A model generated the notes under the pieces. That model was not told the origin of the DNA. It did not search any database and saw only the letters and a list, made by a program, of their open reading frames with translations. The position numbers were made by a program, and so were the translations under genes. From assembly GCA_963817895.1 (NCBI GenBank), contig CAWFQB010000010.1, positions 64,001 to 128,000 of the forward strand: 64,000 nucleotides of DNA. The letters are read 5' to 3'. Positions 1 through 9,330 of this stretch are shown piece by piece; the first letter of the stretch is position 1, and every line of letters starts with the position of its first letter. Source of the stretch: an uncultured Chthonomonadaceae bacterium (GTDB lineage: Bacteria > Armatimonadota > Chthonomonadetes > Chthonomonadales > Chthonomonadaceae).

Positions 1-192
1 GGCTGCCTTCAACTTCGGATGGTTCGCCAGTCCGAGATAGTTGTTGCTCGATAGGTTGATGATGTTAGGCTTGCCATTGACGGTAATGCGCGCCCCGGAC
101 GGCCCCTCCATAATCGTGGGCGTTTTATATAGATGCTGATCTTTGAGCGTATCAATCTGCCCGCACAGCCAAGTTTGCAGCGTATCGTTCAT
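1..192 (-). CDS. BioF/Kbl-family PLP-dependent enzyme (8-amino-7-oxononanoate synthase / glycine C-acetyltransferase), N-terminal part; runs off window
   Basis: Manual translation from ATG at 192: MNDTLQTWLCGQIDTLKDQHLYK...IINLSSNNYLGLANHPKLKAA; SNNYLGLANHP is the family signature. Confidence 0.85.
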   Translation of the reverse strand, partial: MNDTLQTWLCGQIDTLKDQHLYKTPTIMEGPSGARITVNGKPNIINLSSNNYLGLANHPKLKAA

Positions 193-229
193 AATATTTC
201 CCTTTAGTTTAATATTTGTCTTTTTTCGT

Positions 230-1114
230 CTACTTCGCGTCTTTCGCGGTTTGTTTCTCCCCTTCTCCTTTTCTCCTCTTCTCCTTGTCTTCTGCTTTCG
301 CGGTCAGCCGGGTCAGCGTCACTTCCGTTTTGGCGGTTTCGTTGTCGGGCAGATGCTCCACGCCACCCCCGGTCAGTTGCAGTATCTGAAAATTCTTCGC
401 GTCCATGTCGGCAAGCCCGTTGAAGTGGAAAACCACATCGGTTTTGTTGCCCGTGCGCGGGTCCGTCGCGTTTACTTTGGCGTCGTACTCCACCTTTACT
501 CTCCACGTCGGCTGCCCGTTCCACGTTCCCGGCCCGACAAGGACGCCTTTGCCCTCCGTGTTGCCGACTACAAGGCCGGTATCCTGCCAGTTGAATTTCC
601 ACGATTCGCCCACGCGAACGGGGGCAGGCGGCGTAAACCCGCGCTGCATCCGGGCGGTCAGGCGAAATAGCTGCGCAATCGGTTCGCGCACGAGGTCTAC
701 GCCCCCCTCGGCTTTCACCGCAGCCTCGCCGGTTTTGTCGCGAGTGAGGGTCATTTTCGGAATGGCGCTGGTCAGTTCCATCTCCCTGCCGTCGAAATCG
801 CCGTCCGCTTTTTCCGTAACGTCCTCCATGACAACGGTTCCGTCCGGCTTCACGTCTCGAATGGTTTGCAGCAGCGTGATGTTGAACAGCGAGTCGACAA
901 TATCCAGATCGTACCGCTTTTTATCCGCCGTCCGATGCACCATCATTTTATAACGCGCGGTTTCGCCGGACTTCCAAATGGGGCGCAGAGCATACGTGGC
1001 CGACGGGCTGCCGGAAGGGACAGAAACGGCGGTTTGCGCCACGCTCGTTACAGGCGCGGCTAAAAGACCAAGCAGCAATGCGCCGCCAACCAAAGCAAAG
1101 TTGTTGTTTTTCAT
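230..1114 (-). CDS. Hypothetical secreted protein
   Basis: 294-aa ORF with an N-terminal signal peptide (MKNNNFALVGGALLLGLLAAPVTSVAQ); no recognised family motif. Confidence 0.7.
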   Translation of the reverse strand: MKNNNFALVGGALLLGLLAAPVTSVAQTAVSVPSGSPSATYALRPIWKSGETARYKMMVHRTADKKRYDLDIVDSLFNITLLQTIRDVKPDGTVVMEDVTEKADGDFDGREMELTSAIPKMTLTRDKTGEAAVKAEGGVDLVREPIAQLFRLTARMQRGFTPPAPVRVGESWKFNWQDTGLVVGNTEGKGVLVGPGTWNGQPTWRVKVEYDAKVNATDPRTGNKTDVVFHFNGLADMDAKNFQILQLTGGGVEHLPDNETAKTEVTLTRLTAKAEDKEKRRKGEGEKQTAKDAK

Positions 1115-1482
1115 TTCAGGGTTCTTTTCTCAAATTCAAGCGCAGGTTCAGGGGAAAAGAAACGCCGTAAACTCTCGTAAATCTACCGAAACGGCGCGGG
1201 CAGAAGCGCGTCTGCCCATAATGGAACCGCGTTTCCCTATCTAAACTTTTTACGTAGATGCGCCTGCCGACGTTACGGATGATTTCAACGATGCTGTTGC
1301 CGTTTTCGGTCCCATTTCACCGGCATATCTACGCGCAGGGTGGTATGATAGTATATACCGCGCTCAGCGCAGAGCCATTCTTCATCTGAAACACACTCTT
1401 TTATCCCGATTGTGTTCTCACCGGTGTACCCATTCGTTTCATTCTCGTCTCGTTCTCGTCGTACAGGAGAGGTTCATTTCCC

Positions 1483-4203
1483 ATGTTTGTATCCCTATCC
1501 AAAACACGCCTGCTGTTGCTGCCGTGTCTGATTGCCGCTTCCCTCGGCCCTATCGCGGCGCAGGCGCAAAACCCGCTGCCGCAAAACCCGCTGCCGCAAA
1601 CGCCGCAACCCCAAACCCCGCGTCGGACGCCGCGCGCTCCACGAACACCCAATCCTAACCCGATGCCCGACCCACAGGGTCCCGATCCGCAAACTCCCGC
1701 GCCGACCCCGGCCCCCGGCCCACAAACTCCCACGCCCGGACAGCCCGGCGGTGGCGGCGGATTTGGCGGGCGTTTCGGCGGCGGCGCCGGCGGCGGACAG
1801 CAGGCTCGTCCCGCCGCGCCCCGGCCCTACAAGGACGTGATTACCGCCGAGGCGAAGTCCGACCCCGGCCTTTTCACCGTGCATCGCATTGATGACCGCA
1901 TTTTGTTCGAGATTCCTGTAAAGCAGTTAGGCAAAGAGATGCTGCTGTCTACGGAGATTGAAAAAGTCCCGGCGGGAAGCAATGGCTACGGCGGCACGGC
2001 GGCGGGCGACAAAGTGGTTCGGTTTACGCGCCGCAACAACACCGTTTTTCTGCGCACCGTAGACTACTCTTCCCGCGCCGAAGGCAAGGGCGCGATTGCC
2101 CGCGCAGTCGAGGCCGCCAATGTGGAACCCATCGTGATGGCGTTCAATGTCGAGGCCGAAGGTACGGACAAGTCTGCCGTGATTGATGTCACGCGCCTGT
2201 TTACCACCGACCCGGCGGAATTTGCCGTGAAACAGGCGTTGGGCGGCTCCGCCGTAGACCCGACCCGCAGTTTTCTGGAAAAATCCAAATCGTTTCCCAC
2301 CAACATCGAAGTAAAGTCCAACCTGACCTTCATCGGCGGCGGCGGGGCGGGCGCGGGCGCATTGGGCGCTCCGGGCGGACGCGGACGGCGCGGCGGGGGA
2401 GCCAGCAGCCTGACGGCTCTTGTCCACTACAGCCTTGTGCTGCTGCCGGAAAAGCCGATGATGCCGCGCCTGTACGACTCGCGCGTCGGCTACTTCACCG
2501 AACGCTTCGAGGATTATGGCACGCCTGAAAACCGGGTGGCCGAGCGGCAGTATATTGCCCGCTACCGGCTGGAAAAGAAAGACCCCAAAGCCGCCCTTTC
2601 CGAACCCGTGAAGCCGATTGTCTATTACATCAGCCGCGAAGTGCCGGAAGAGTGGCATCCGTACCTGAAAAAAGCCATTGAAGATTGGAACGTCGCTTTC
2701 GAGGCGGCTGGCTTCAAAAACGCCATTGTCTGCAAGGAACCGCCGACTTCCAAAGAAGACCCGGATTGGGACCCGGAAGATGTTCGCTATTCCGTGATCC
2801 GGTGGGCGCCCACGCCGACGGAAAACGCGATGGGGCCGAACATCCACGACCCGCGCACGGGCGAAATTCTGTCTGCGCACATCATTGTGTGGCACAACGT
2901 CCTGAAACTCGGCCAGACATGGTACTTCACGCAGGTCGGCAACATGGATCCGCGCGCGCAGAAACTGCCGCTGCCGCAGGACTTGATGGGCCAGATTTTG
3001 CAGTACGTTGTCAGCCATGAAGTCGGGCATACGCTCGGCCTGCGCCACAACCACAAGGCGAGTTCGTCCTACACCGCCGCGCAGTTGCGCGATAAAACCT
3101 TCACAGACCAGTACGGCGACGAAGCCTCCATTATGGACTACGGGCGCTTTAACTACGTGGCGCAGCCGGGTGACAATGCCCGCCTGATACCCATTATCGG
3201 CCCGTATGACAAGTTCGCCATCGAGTGGGGCTACAAGCCACTGGGCATGAACCGCCCCGACGACGAGAAGCCGGAACTGGACAAACTGGCCTCGCAGCAG
3301 GTCAGCAATCCCATGCTCCGCTTTGGCGGCGAAGACCTCAACGCGCAATCCGACCCGAGCGTGGAAACGGAAGATTTGGGCAGCGATCCTGTGGAAGCCA
3401 CGAGCTACGGCCTGAAAAACATCAATCAGATCGCGCGGATGCTGGTTCCCGCCACCACCAAATACGGCGAGGATTATCAGGACCTGAGTGAGATGTACAC
3501 GCAGTTATTGGCGCAGCGGCAGCGCGAACTCGGCCATGTTGTCAAAGTCGTGGGCGGCGTGGTGCAGACCGACTACCATGCCGGACGCGGCGGCGAAGTG
3601 TACAGCCCGGTTCCCCCGGCAAAGCAGGCGCAGGCCGTGAAGTTTCTGGTGGACAACGCCTTTACCACGCCGCGCAGTCTGCTGCTGACCGATATTCTCA
3701 ACCGCGTTCAAGCGTCGGGCGTACAGGATGAGGTTCTGAACGGGCAGCGCTCAATTCTGACCAGCCTGCTCAGTGACGCGCGCGTGAAGCGGATGCTCGA
3801 CATTCAGGCCACATCAACCGGCACGGCGTACACCGTGGGCAATCTGGTGCGCGATGTGCAAAACGGCATCTGGAGCGAACTGTACAAGCCCGCCCCCGTT
3901 GTGGATTTGTACCGCCGCAACCTGCAGCGCGCGTATCTGGAAACCCTGCGCGGCAAATTGCAGGGCGACAGCGCGACGCCGACCGATCTGCGGCCCGTCG
4001 CGACCGGCAGCCTGATGGACTTGCAGCGCGCCATTGACCGCGCCCTCGTGAAAACCACGGACGCCGATACGCGCCTGCACCTGATGGACAGCCGCGTCAC
4101 GATTGAGCGCATCCTCAAAGCGCCCGTTGTGGTCACGCAACCCGCCCCCGCCGTCGCCGCCTTCCCGTTCGGGCGTGGCGGAATCGAGGACAACGACAAG
4201 TAG
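1483..4203 (+). CDS. Secreted zinc-dependent metalloprotease (metzincin, EcxA/DUF4953-DUF5117 type)
   Basis: Signal peptide, Pro/Gly-rich linker, HEVGHTLGLRHN zinc motif, SIMDY Met-turn; GGAG upstream. Confidence 0.9.
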   Translation: MFVSLSKTRLLLLPCLIAASLGPIAAQAQNPLPQNPLPQTPQPQTPRRTPRAPRTPNPNPMPDPQGPDPQTPAPTPAPGPQTPTPGQPGGGGGFGGRFGGGAGGGQQARPAAPRPYKDVITAEAKSDPGLFTVHRIDDRILFEIPVKQLGKEMLLSTEIEKVPAGSNGYGGTAAGDKVVRFTRRNNTVFLRTVDYSSRAEGKGAIARAVEAANVEPIVMAFNVEAEGTDKSAVIDVTRLFTTDPAEFAVKQALGGSAVDPTRSFLEKSKSFPTNIEVKSNLTFIGGGGAGAGALGAPGGRGRRGGGASSLTALVHYSLVLLPEKPMMPRLYDSRVGYFTERFEDYGTPENRVAERQYIARYRLEKKDPKAALSEPVKPIVYYISREVPEEWHPYLKKAIEDWNVAFEAAGFKNAIVCKEPPTSKEDPDWDPEDVRYSVIRWAPTPTENAMGPNIHDPRTGEILSAHIIVWHNVLKLGQTWYFTQVGNMDPRAQKLPLPQDLMGQILQYVVSHEVGHTLGLRHNHKASSSYTAAQLRDKTFTDQYGDEASIMDYGRFNYVAQPGDNARLIPIIGPYDKFAIEWGYKPLGMNRPDDEKPELDKLASQQVSNPMLRFGGEDLNAQSDPSVETEDLGSDPVEATSYGLKNINQIARMLVPATTKYGEDYQDLSEMYTQLLAQRQRELGHVVKVVGGVVQTDYHAGRGGEVYSPVPPAKQAQAVKFLVDNAFTTPRSLLLTDILNRVQASGVQDEVLNGQRSILTSLLSDARVKRMLDIQATSTGTAYTVGNLVRDVQNGIWSELYKPAPVVDLYRRNLQRAYLETLRGKLQGDSATPTDLRPVATGSLMDLQRAIDRALVKTTDADTRLHLMDSRVTIERILKAPVVVTQPAPAVAAFPFGRGGIEDNDK

Positions 4204-4274
4204 CTTAAACCACCTGCCGTGTCACGCCGCCGCAAGCGCGGCAGGGGAATTGCCTGTACAAATCGCGTCAACTT

Positions 4275-4320
4275 TGCTATAATACAGCCGTATCCTGCTC
4301 GATCAGGATACGGCTGTATT
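4275..4320 (+). promoter_or_regulatory. Extended -10 (TGCTATAAT) overlapped by a perfect 17-bp inverted repeat
   Basis: AATACAGCCGTATCCTG-ctcgat-CAGGATACGGCTGTATT at 4281-4320; TGCTATAAT at 4275-4283. Confidence 0.6.
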
Positions 4321-4344
4321 GCTGGCTCTGGCTGGAGGAAAAAC

Positions 4345-4638
4345 ATGGTTACACTGGATAGGCCCGCCGAAATCGCATTGGACACGCTGAAAGCGGAAGA
4401 CCGCATATTGGCGGAACGCGCGTTTGCCATTATCGAACGTTTTTCCGAAAACGATACGGCGCAGAAAATTCGCAAAGTGTCTATGCCTGATCCCTCCGAA
4501 GATTTTTATATTGTGGAACAGGGCCATCTGAGTTTTCTGTTTGAAGCGCATGGAGAGCGCAAATTGGTAGTAGACATCACGGCTACCGCCCGCCTCCGGT
4601 TTTTTCAAAAATTGCGCGAAGCGGAGACAGCGGCTTGA
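4345..4638 (+). CDS. Small hypothetical protein, possibly RelE/ParE-like fold
   Basis: GGAGG RBS then ATG at 4345; 97 aa with a residue pattern loosely like RelE-family toxins. Confidence 0.5.
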   Translation: MVTLDRPAEIALDTLKAEDRILAERAFAIIERFSENDTAQKIRKVSMPDPSEDFYIVEQGHLSFLFEAHGERKLVVDITATARLRFFQKLREAETAA

Positions 4639-4966
4639 AAACTTTTCGCAGTCACCAATTCAACTATGCCGCGTGTCGGAATGAACTGAATACCTTCAAC
4701 ATGGTTTCAGTCAAGTCGTAGATTGGTTCTACAAACTGGATGATACGCGGCACACAAAACAGTTTGAGGCTATGTTCGGCAGCAACGTTGAATACAGTGG
4801 TTTACTGGTAATCGGGCGCAACAGCGCTCTTAAACCCGGCGAACGGGATCGTTTGCGCTGGCGACAGCAAAATGTGCTTGTGAACTCGCGCAAGGTGGAA
4901 TGTGTCACCTTCGACGATTTGCATAGCGATCTGACAAGAAAGTTGAAACGATACTATCCCGTGTAA
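4635..4966 (+). pseudogene. Internally deleted Shedu/DUF4263-like nuclease remnant
   Basis: TTG overlapping the upstream stop gives (M)KTFRSHQFNYAACRNELNTF; another frame gives HGFSQVVDWFYKLDD...LLVIGR...VTFDDL; the middle is absent. Confidence 0.65.
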
Positions 4967-4977
4967 TTTCTTATCGG

Positions 4978-5070
4978 AACACGAAGGACACGGAGAGGAA
5001 AACAGAGAGTGGAGAGGGAACTGTAGCGTTTCCTTTCTTCTCCTCTGTTCTCTCCGTGTCCTCCTTGGTT
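4978..5070. repeat. Imperfect inverted repeat (ACACGAAGGACACGGAGAG / CTCTCCGTGTCCTCCTTGGT), REP-like
   Basis: Complementary arms between convergent genes. Confidence 0.55.
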
Positions 5071-5145
5071 TTTTGTTCTTCCGGTTTATTCGCAGGGCGC
5101 AGAGCGCAGGAAAACAGGTTTTGCCCACGCTGCATCATGCAAAGT

Positions 5146-5855
5146 TCACGGCACAGGCAGGTATGTGATTTTGGAGAGGTTTTCCAGTTTCGTCCATTTG
5201 ACGTGCGAATCCACATACGCCATTTCAATGCCGCCGTTGTGACGGGCGATGCACAGCCGCCCCATGTTACTGCTGCTGTTCGCGCCGGTCTGCGTGTTGT
5301 ATTGCGAAGGGCAGGAGGTATCGCCATTGTAAATCCAGGCGTCAATCCAGATGGCGTCGGCCAACAGCATGGTCGAGGAGGGTTCCGGTACCTGGCTCAG
5401 ACTGCATACGCATCCCGGGTCTGAACTGCAGTACAGCCAGCCATTGTAGGCGTAACTGCCGTAGTATTTGTAGCCATTCCACGCCTGCGCACTGCTTCCC
5501 TATCCGGCGTAAGGACTGACAGCGTTGGTGCCGGGCCGGGCGTCCGGGCATATATGCACCTGTTTGTTTTTGATGTATGGCTCAAAGGCGACGTTCCAGA
5601 GGTAGCCGCTGTATGCAACGTGATAGTCCAGCAGTTGCTCGTCATAGTCCTGTGAGTACATCGTGGCTCCGTAGGATAGTTGCTTGAGGTTGCTGGCGCA
5701 GCTTGCCTGCCTCGCCTTTTCCCGCGCCTGCGCGAAAACGGGGAACAGAATGGCGGCGAGAATCGCGATGATGGCGATCACCACGAGCAGTTCGATCAAA
5801 GTAAAAGCGTTGCGCGTTGCGCGTTGCGTACTCGGATTTGGGAGATGCGTTTCAT
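5146..5855 (-). CDS. Prepilin-type N-terminal cleavage/methylation (DUF1559-like) protein, interrupted as written
   Basis: [34 protein letters not shown] and C-terminal [23 protein letters not shown] then ATG at 5855 (out of frame across a CGCAACG x3 repeat); in-frame TAG at 5500-5502. Confidence 0.85.
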
Positions 5856-5958
5856 GGGCGAGAACTCCTTTTTCTATTTCTCTCTGCCTCCGGGAAGGTG
5901 AAGCGGAGGCAGAGAGTTTGCGTCCCGTCAGGGGGAGCAAAGCAGCAAACGCGACAAA

Positions 5959-7011
5959 TCAGCGGATGCGGTTTTTGCGACGGCGCAGAAAGCCCGCGCC
6001 CGCTACGCCCATGCCCACAAGCAAGGCGACGCTGCCGGGTTCGGGTACGACGGTGACGAGGAGATTGTGATACATGCCATTAGCGTCGATGTAATAGCCG
6101 ACGAACTGCGTGGCGTTGTTGGTGCGGCCCAGTTCCGTATCAACAGCGCCGGGAACCGCTATCGAGGTATAGCTGCCGTTGCTGGTGTCGTAAATGTAAG
6201 CATTACGATTGTCTGGGGTGTGCGCTTGAGGCTCATAGTTGCCAAAAATCAGCCCGGTGGTGGTGATGCCGTCGGAAGATGTACTGTAGGCGCCGGGAAC
6301 GTTCAGATACGTCGTCATCCCGTTTTGGGTAATGGAGCCCTCGTAGGTATCGTCAGTGAGAGAAGCAAGCGTGACCAGATTTTCGCCATTGGGGCCAATC
6401 GCCTGGAGTTCATTGTTCCGGGGCTGGCCGTTTTGGTCTTTAATGTCCGCGATGGGCGTGAACGTGTCGGTCGCGATGTTGTAGCTGGCAATGCGGTTAT
6501 CACCAATGTAGCCATATTGAACGGCGACGATACCGGCCTCATTGACATTCTCGAGGTTTGTGTAGCCGAAACTCAGGCCCGTCATCGGGTCTGTAACCTT
6601 TGGGGCGGTGAAAGCGGCGGGGTTGCTGGTGCCGAGGTTGCTGTTGTAGATGAAATCCGTGGTGTAGTTGAAGCTGGAGTCAAGGGTCTGACCAGTCACA
6701 TACCCGGCGTTGTTGATGCCGTTATAGTACAGGATTTGCGTGTTGGCAGCACCGGGATAGTCAATGGGGAGGGTAAAGGTGCCGTCGGGACTGCGAATGT
6801 AGCCGTGATTGACGCCGCTGGGGTCCACATAGGTTCCGGTGATGCTGCCCGACGCGCTGATGCCCGATGCGCCCGAACCAATTGGCCCCTGTCCAGGCAC
6901 ATCAAACGTGTCCAGGCGGAAGGACAACTGCGCATTGGCGGGACGGGCGGCAAACAGGGCCAGAGTGGACAGGGCGATCAGGCCGGCTTGCAGGAAAAGA
7001 GTGCGAGGCAT
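5959..7011 (-). CDS. PEP-CTERM sorting-domain surface protein with repeated beta-strand units
   Basis: Signal peptide; repeated (V/Y)PGA..T...GI units; C-terminal VPEPGSVALLVGMGVAGAGFLRRRK. Confidence 0.9.
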   Translation of the reverse strand: MPRTLFLQAGLIALSTLALFAARPANAQLSFRLDTFDVPGQGPIGSGASGISASGSITGTYVDPSGVNHGYIRSPDGTFTLPIDYPGAANTQILYYNGINNAGYVTGQTLDSSFNYTTDFIYNSNLGTSNPAAFTAPKVTDPMTGLSFGYTNLENVNEAGIVAVQYGYIGDNRIASYNIATDTFTPIADIKDQNGQPRNNELQAIGPNGENLVTLASLTDDTYEGSITQNGMTTYLNVPGAYSTSSDGITTTGLIFGNYEPQAHTPDNRNAYIYDTSNGSYTSIAVPGAVDTELGRTNNATQFVGYYIDANGMYHNLLVTVVPEPGSVALLVGMGVAGAGFLRRRKNRIR

Positions 7012-7097
7012 AGAGTTCTCCTTTTTGTGATAACAGACGTAAAACTAAACGCTGGGTGTATTTGTGGAAGCGACGATGGTTCATTTCCGACACTCTC

Positions 7098-7173
7098 AGA
7101 ATAACGTTATTTTCGTGACCGCTCCGTGACCGTTACAGGCATTTTCGTGACGCTTTTTCCCGGTATCGTTACG
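7098..7173 (-). promoter_or_regulatory. SARP-type activator-dependent promoter of the PEP-CTERM/prepilin operon
   Basis: On the minus strand CGTAACG, CGTCACG, GGTCACG, GGTCACG at 21/21/11-bp spacing, then 10 nt, then TATTCT (7103-7098). Confidence 0.6.
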
Positions 7174-7270
7174 GAGGAATTTTGCGCGGAAACGGCGAAC
7201 TGTTTGCCATCTTTGAAAAGCGCTTTGCTTTTGTTATTGCTTTCTTGAACCGGCAGGAAATCAGCCTTTT

Positions 7271-9239
7271 ATGTCCTCCCCACTCGCCATTCATCTGTTT
7301 GAAACATTCCGCGCCGAGCGCGGCCCTATCGCCCTGTCCGGCCTGCATCTGCGGGAGGGTGAGCGGCTGCTGGCCTATTTCGCGTTGCGGAACAGCGAAC
7401 CGGTGGCGGCGCGGGAACTGGCAAAGCATTTCTGGCCCACCGAAGCCGAAGTCAGCCCGGGGAGCGAGGGCAATTTCCCCAGCGTCCGTCAGGCGTTGAG
7501 CGCGCTGCGACAGGCGCTCGGCGCGGACGCGCGCAGGATCACTCGCCCCACGCGGGCAACCGTGCGGTTCGACGTTACAGGCATTGAATGTGATGTTCTG
7601 GCGTTCGACGCGCTGACGCAGGTTGGGGCAGGGGAGAGTTCCGGGAGTGGGGAGAAGGAGGCCGCGCGCATTGCCTGTGAAGCCTGGACGGAGGCGGCAG
7701 CATTGTATCGCGGCCCGCTGCTGGCGGCGTGGGACGATGCCTGGGTGAAAGAAGCGCGAACCCGCCGTCAGCGTACCTATGAGCGAACATTGCGCCGCCT
7801 GATTGAATATGCGCGGCTTCAGGGCGAATGGGGGGAAGTGGAACGCTGGACGCGCCGCCTGGTGGCCGCGGGCCCACCGATGAGGAAGCAAGGCGCGACC
7901 TGCTCCGCCTGTTAAGCGCGTCGGGACGACATGCCGAGGCGGGGGAGATGCTGGACAGTCTGGCGGACGCGGCAAAGGCGGCAGGGCAGGCGCTGCAGCC
8001 GGAAACGCTCGCGCTGGCCGGGGAACTAAGGCAGGCGCGCGAGCGCGTTCCTCTGTCCGCAGGAGCGATTACGCCGCCTGTGGCTGTGACCGGATTGGCA
8101 GCCGCTCCGCCGCAGAACAAAACATCGGCAACAATCGCGCGTACCGCTAATCAGGAGAACAGCGTTCCTCCTCCTCCGGTCAACAGCGATGCCACACAGG
8201 AGTTTGCCGCCCTGCCCATAGAACCGGCGGGGGGCGCGGTTCCCGTGCAGTTGCCCTACTATATTGAGCGCGAGGGAGATGCGGAGTTTCACGCCGCGCT
8301 TGCGCGGAGCGACAGCATCCTCGTGATTTGGGGGGCGCGGCAGGTGGGCAAAACCAGCCTGATGGCGCGGGGACTGCACAGGGCGCGGCAGGCCGGGATG
8401 CGCGTGGTCGTAACGGATTTCCAGAAAATCAATGCGGAGCAGCTTGTCTCGGCTAATACGCTGTATCTCGCCCTCGCCGAGTCGCTTGCGATACAGCTCG
8501 ATCTCGACGTTCTGCCCGGCGAGGACTGGAATCTGGCGTTCGGGCCGAACATGAATTTGGAACGGTATCTGCGGCGGCGCGCGCTGCGCGCTTTTCCCGA
8601 ACCCCTCGTCTGGTGTCTGGATGAGGTAGACCGGCTGTTTACCTGTTCGTTCGGCCAGGAAGTGTTCGGCCTGTTTCGCTCCTGGCACAACGAACGCGCT
8701 CTGGACCCTGCGTGTCCCTGGTCGCGGCGTTTCGCTGGCCCTCGCCTGCGCGACGGAAGTGAGCCTGTTCATTACCGACATCAACCTGTCGCCTTTCAAC
8801 GTTGGGACGCGGCTGATCCTGGAAGATTTCACGCTCGCGCAGGTGGAGGAACTGAACCGGCGCTATGGCGGAGTTCTGTCGGAAGAAGAGTGCGCGCGTT
8901 TTCACGTCCTGACGGGCGGCCACCCGTACCTGACGCGGCGGGGATTGGATGCCGCGCGGCGGGGGCTGTTCCTGGAACGCATGGAGCGGGAGGGACACCA
9001 CGCTGACGGTCCCTTTGGGGAGCATCTGCGCCGCCTGTCCTCCTTCCCTGTCGCCGGAACTGCTGGAAGTAGTGCGCGAAATGCTTGCCGGACGCCCCTG
9101 CTCCGACCCGAAAGCGTTCTATCGCCTGCGCACGGGCGGCATACTGACCGGCGCGTCGTGTGGGGAAGCTCGGTGGCGCTGCCGCCTGTACGCCGCGTTT
9201 CTGAGCAGCCAGTTTGCCCCTTTCCCGCCCATCGCGTAA
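7271..9239 (+). CDS. SARP-family transcriptional activator (winged helix + BTAD) fused to an AAA_35-like ATPase; about 3 frameshifts
   Basis: LLAYFALR...FWP...LRQALG, DVLAFD...AALYRGPLL (BTAD); GGAVP...YYIER, Walker [10 protein letters not shown], Walker B LDEVD, SPFNVG, TGGHPYL; joined across ORFs 7271/7828/8759/8949. Confidence 0.85.
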
Positions 9240-9289
9240 CGATTGGCGCCCATTTCGTCACGCAGTCGTCACGAAAGACAGCGTATACT
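9235..9289 (+). promoter_or_regulatory. SARP-type activator-dependent promoter of the AAA_35-WD40 gene
   Basis: CGTAACG(9235), CGTCACG(9256), CGTCACG(9267), then 10 nt, then TATACT(9284-9289). Confidence 0.6.
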
Positions 9290-9330
9290 ATCCTGAAAAT
9301 GCGGGTGTTGGGACAGCAGGACAACCAGAT

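Noticed and set aside
1927..3348. Long antisense ORFs (also 18247-19632, 54283-56103, 61738-63285)
   Set aside because: Shadow ORFs opposite well-supported genes, expected from GC-rich codon bias; no family motifs.
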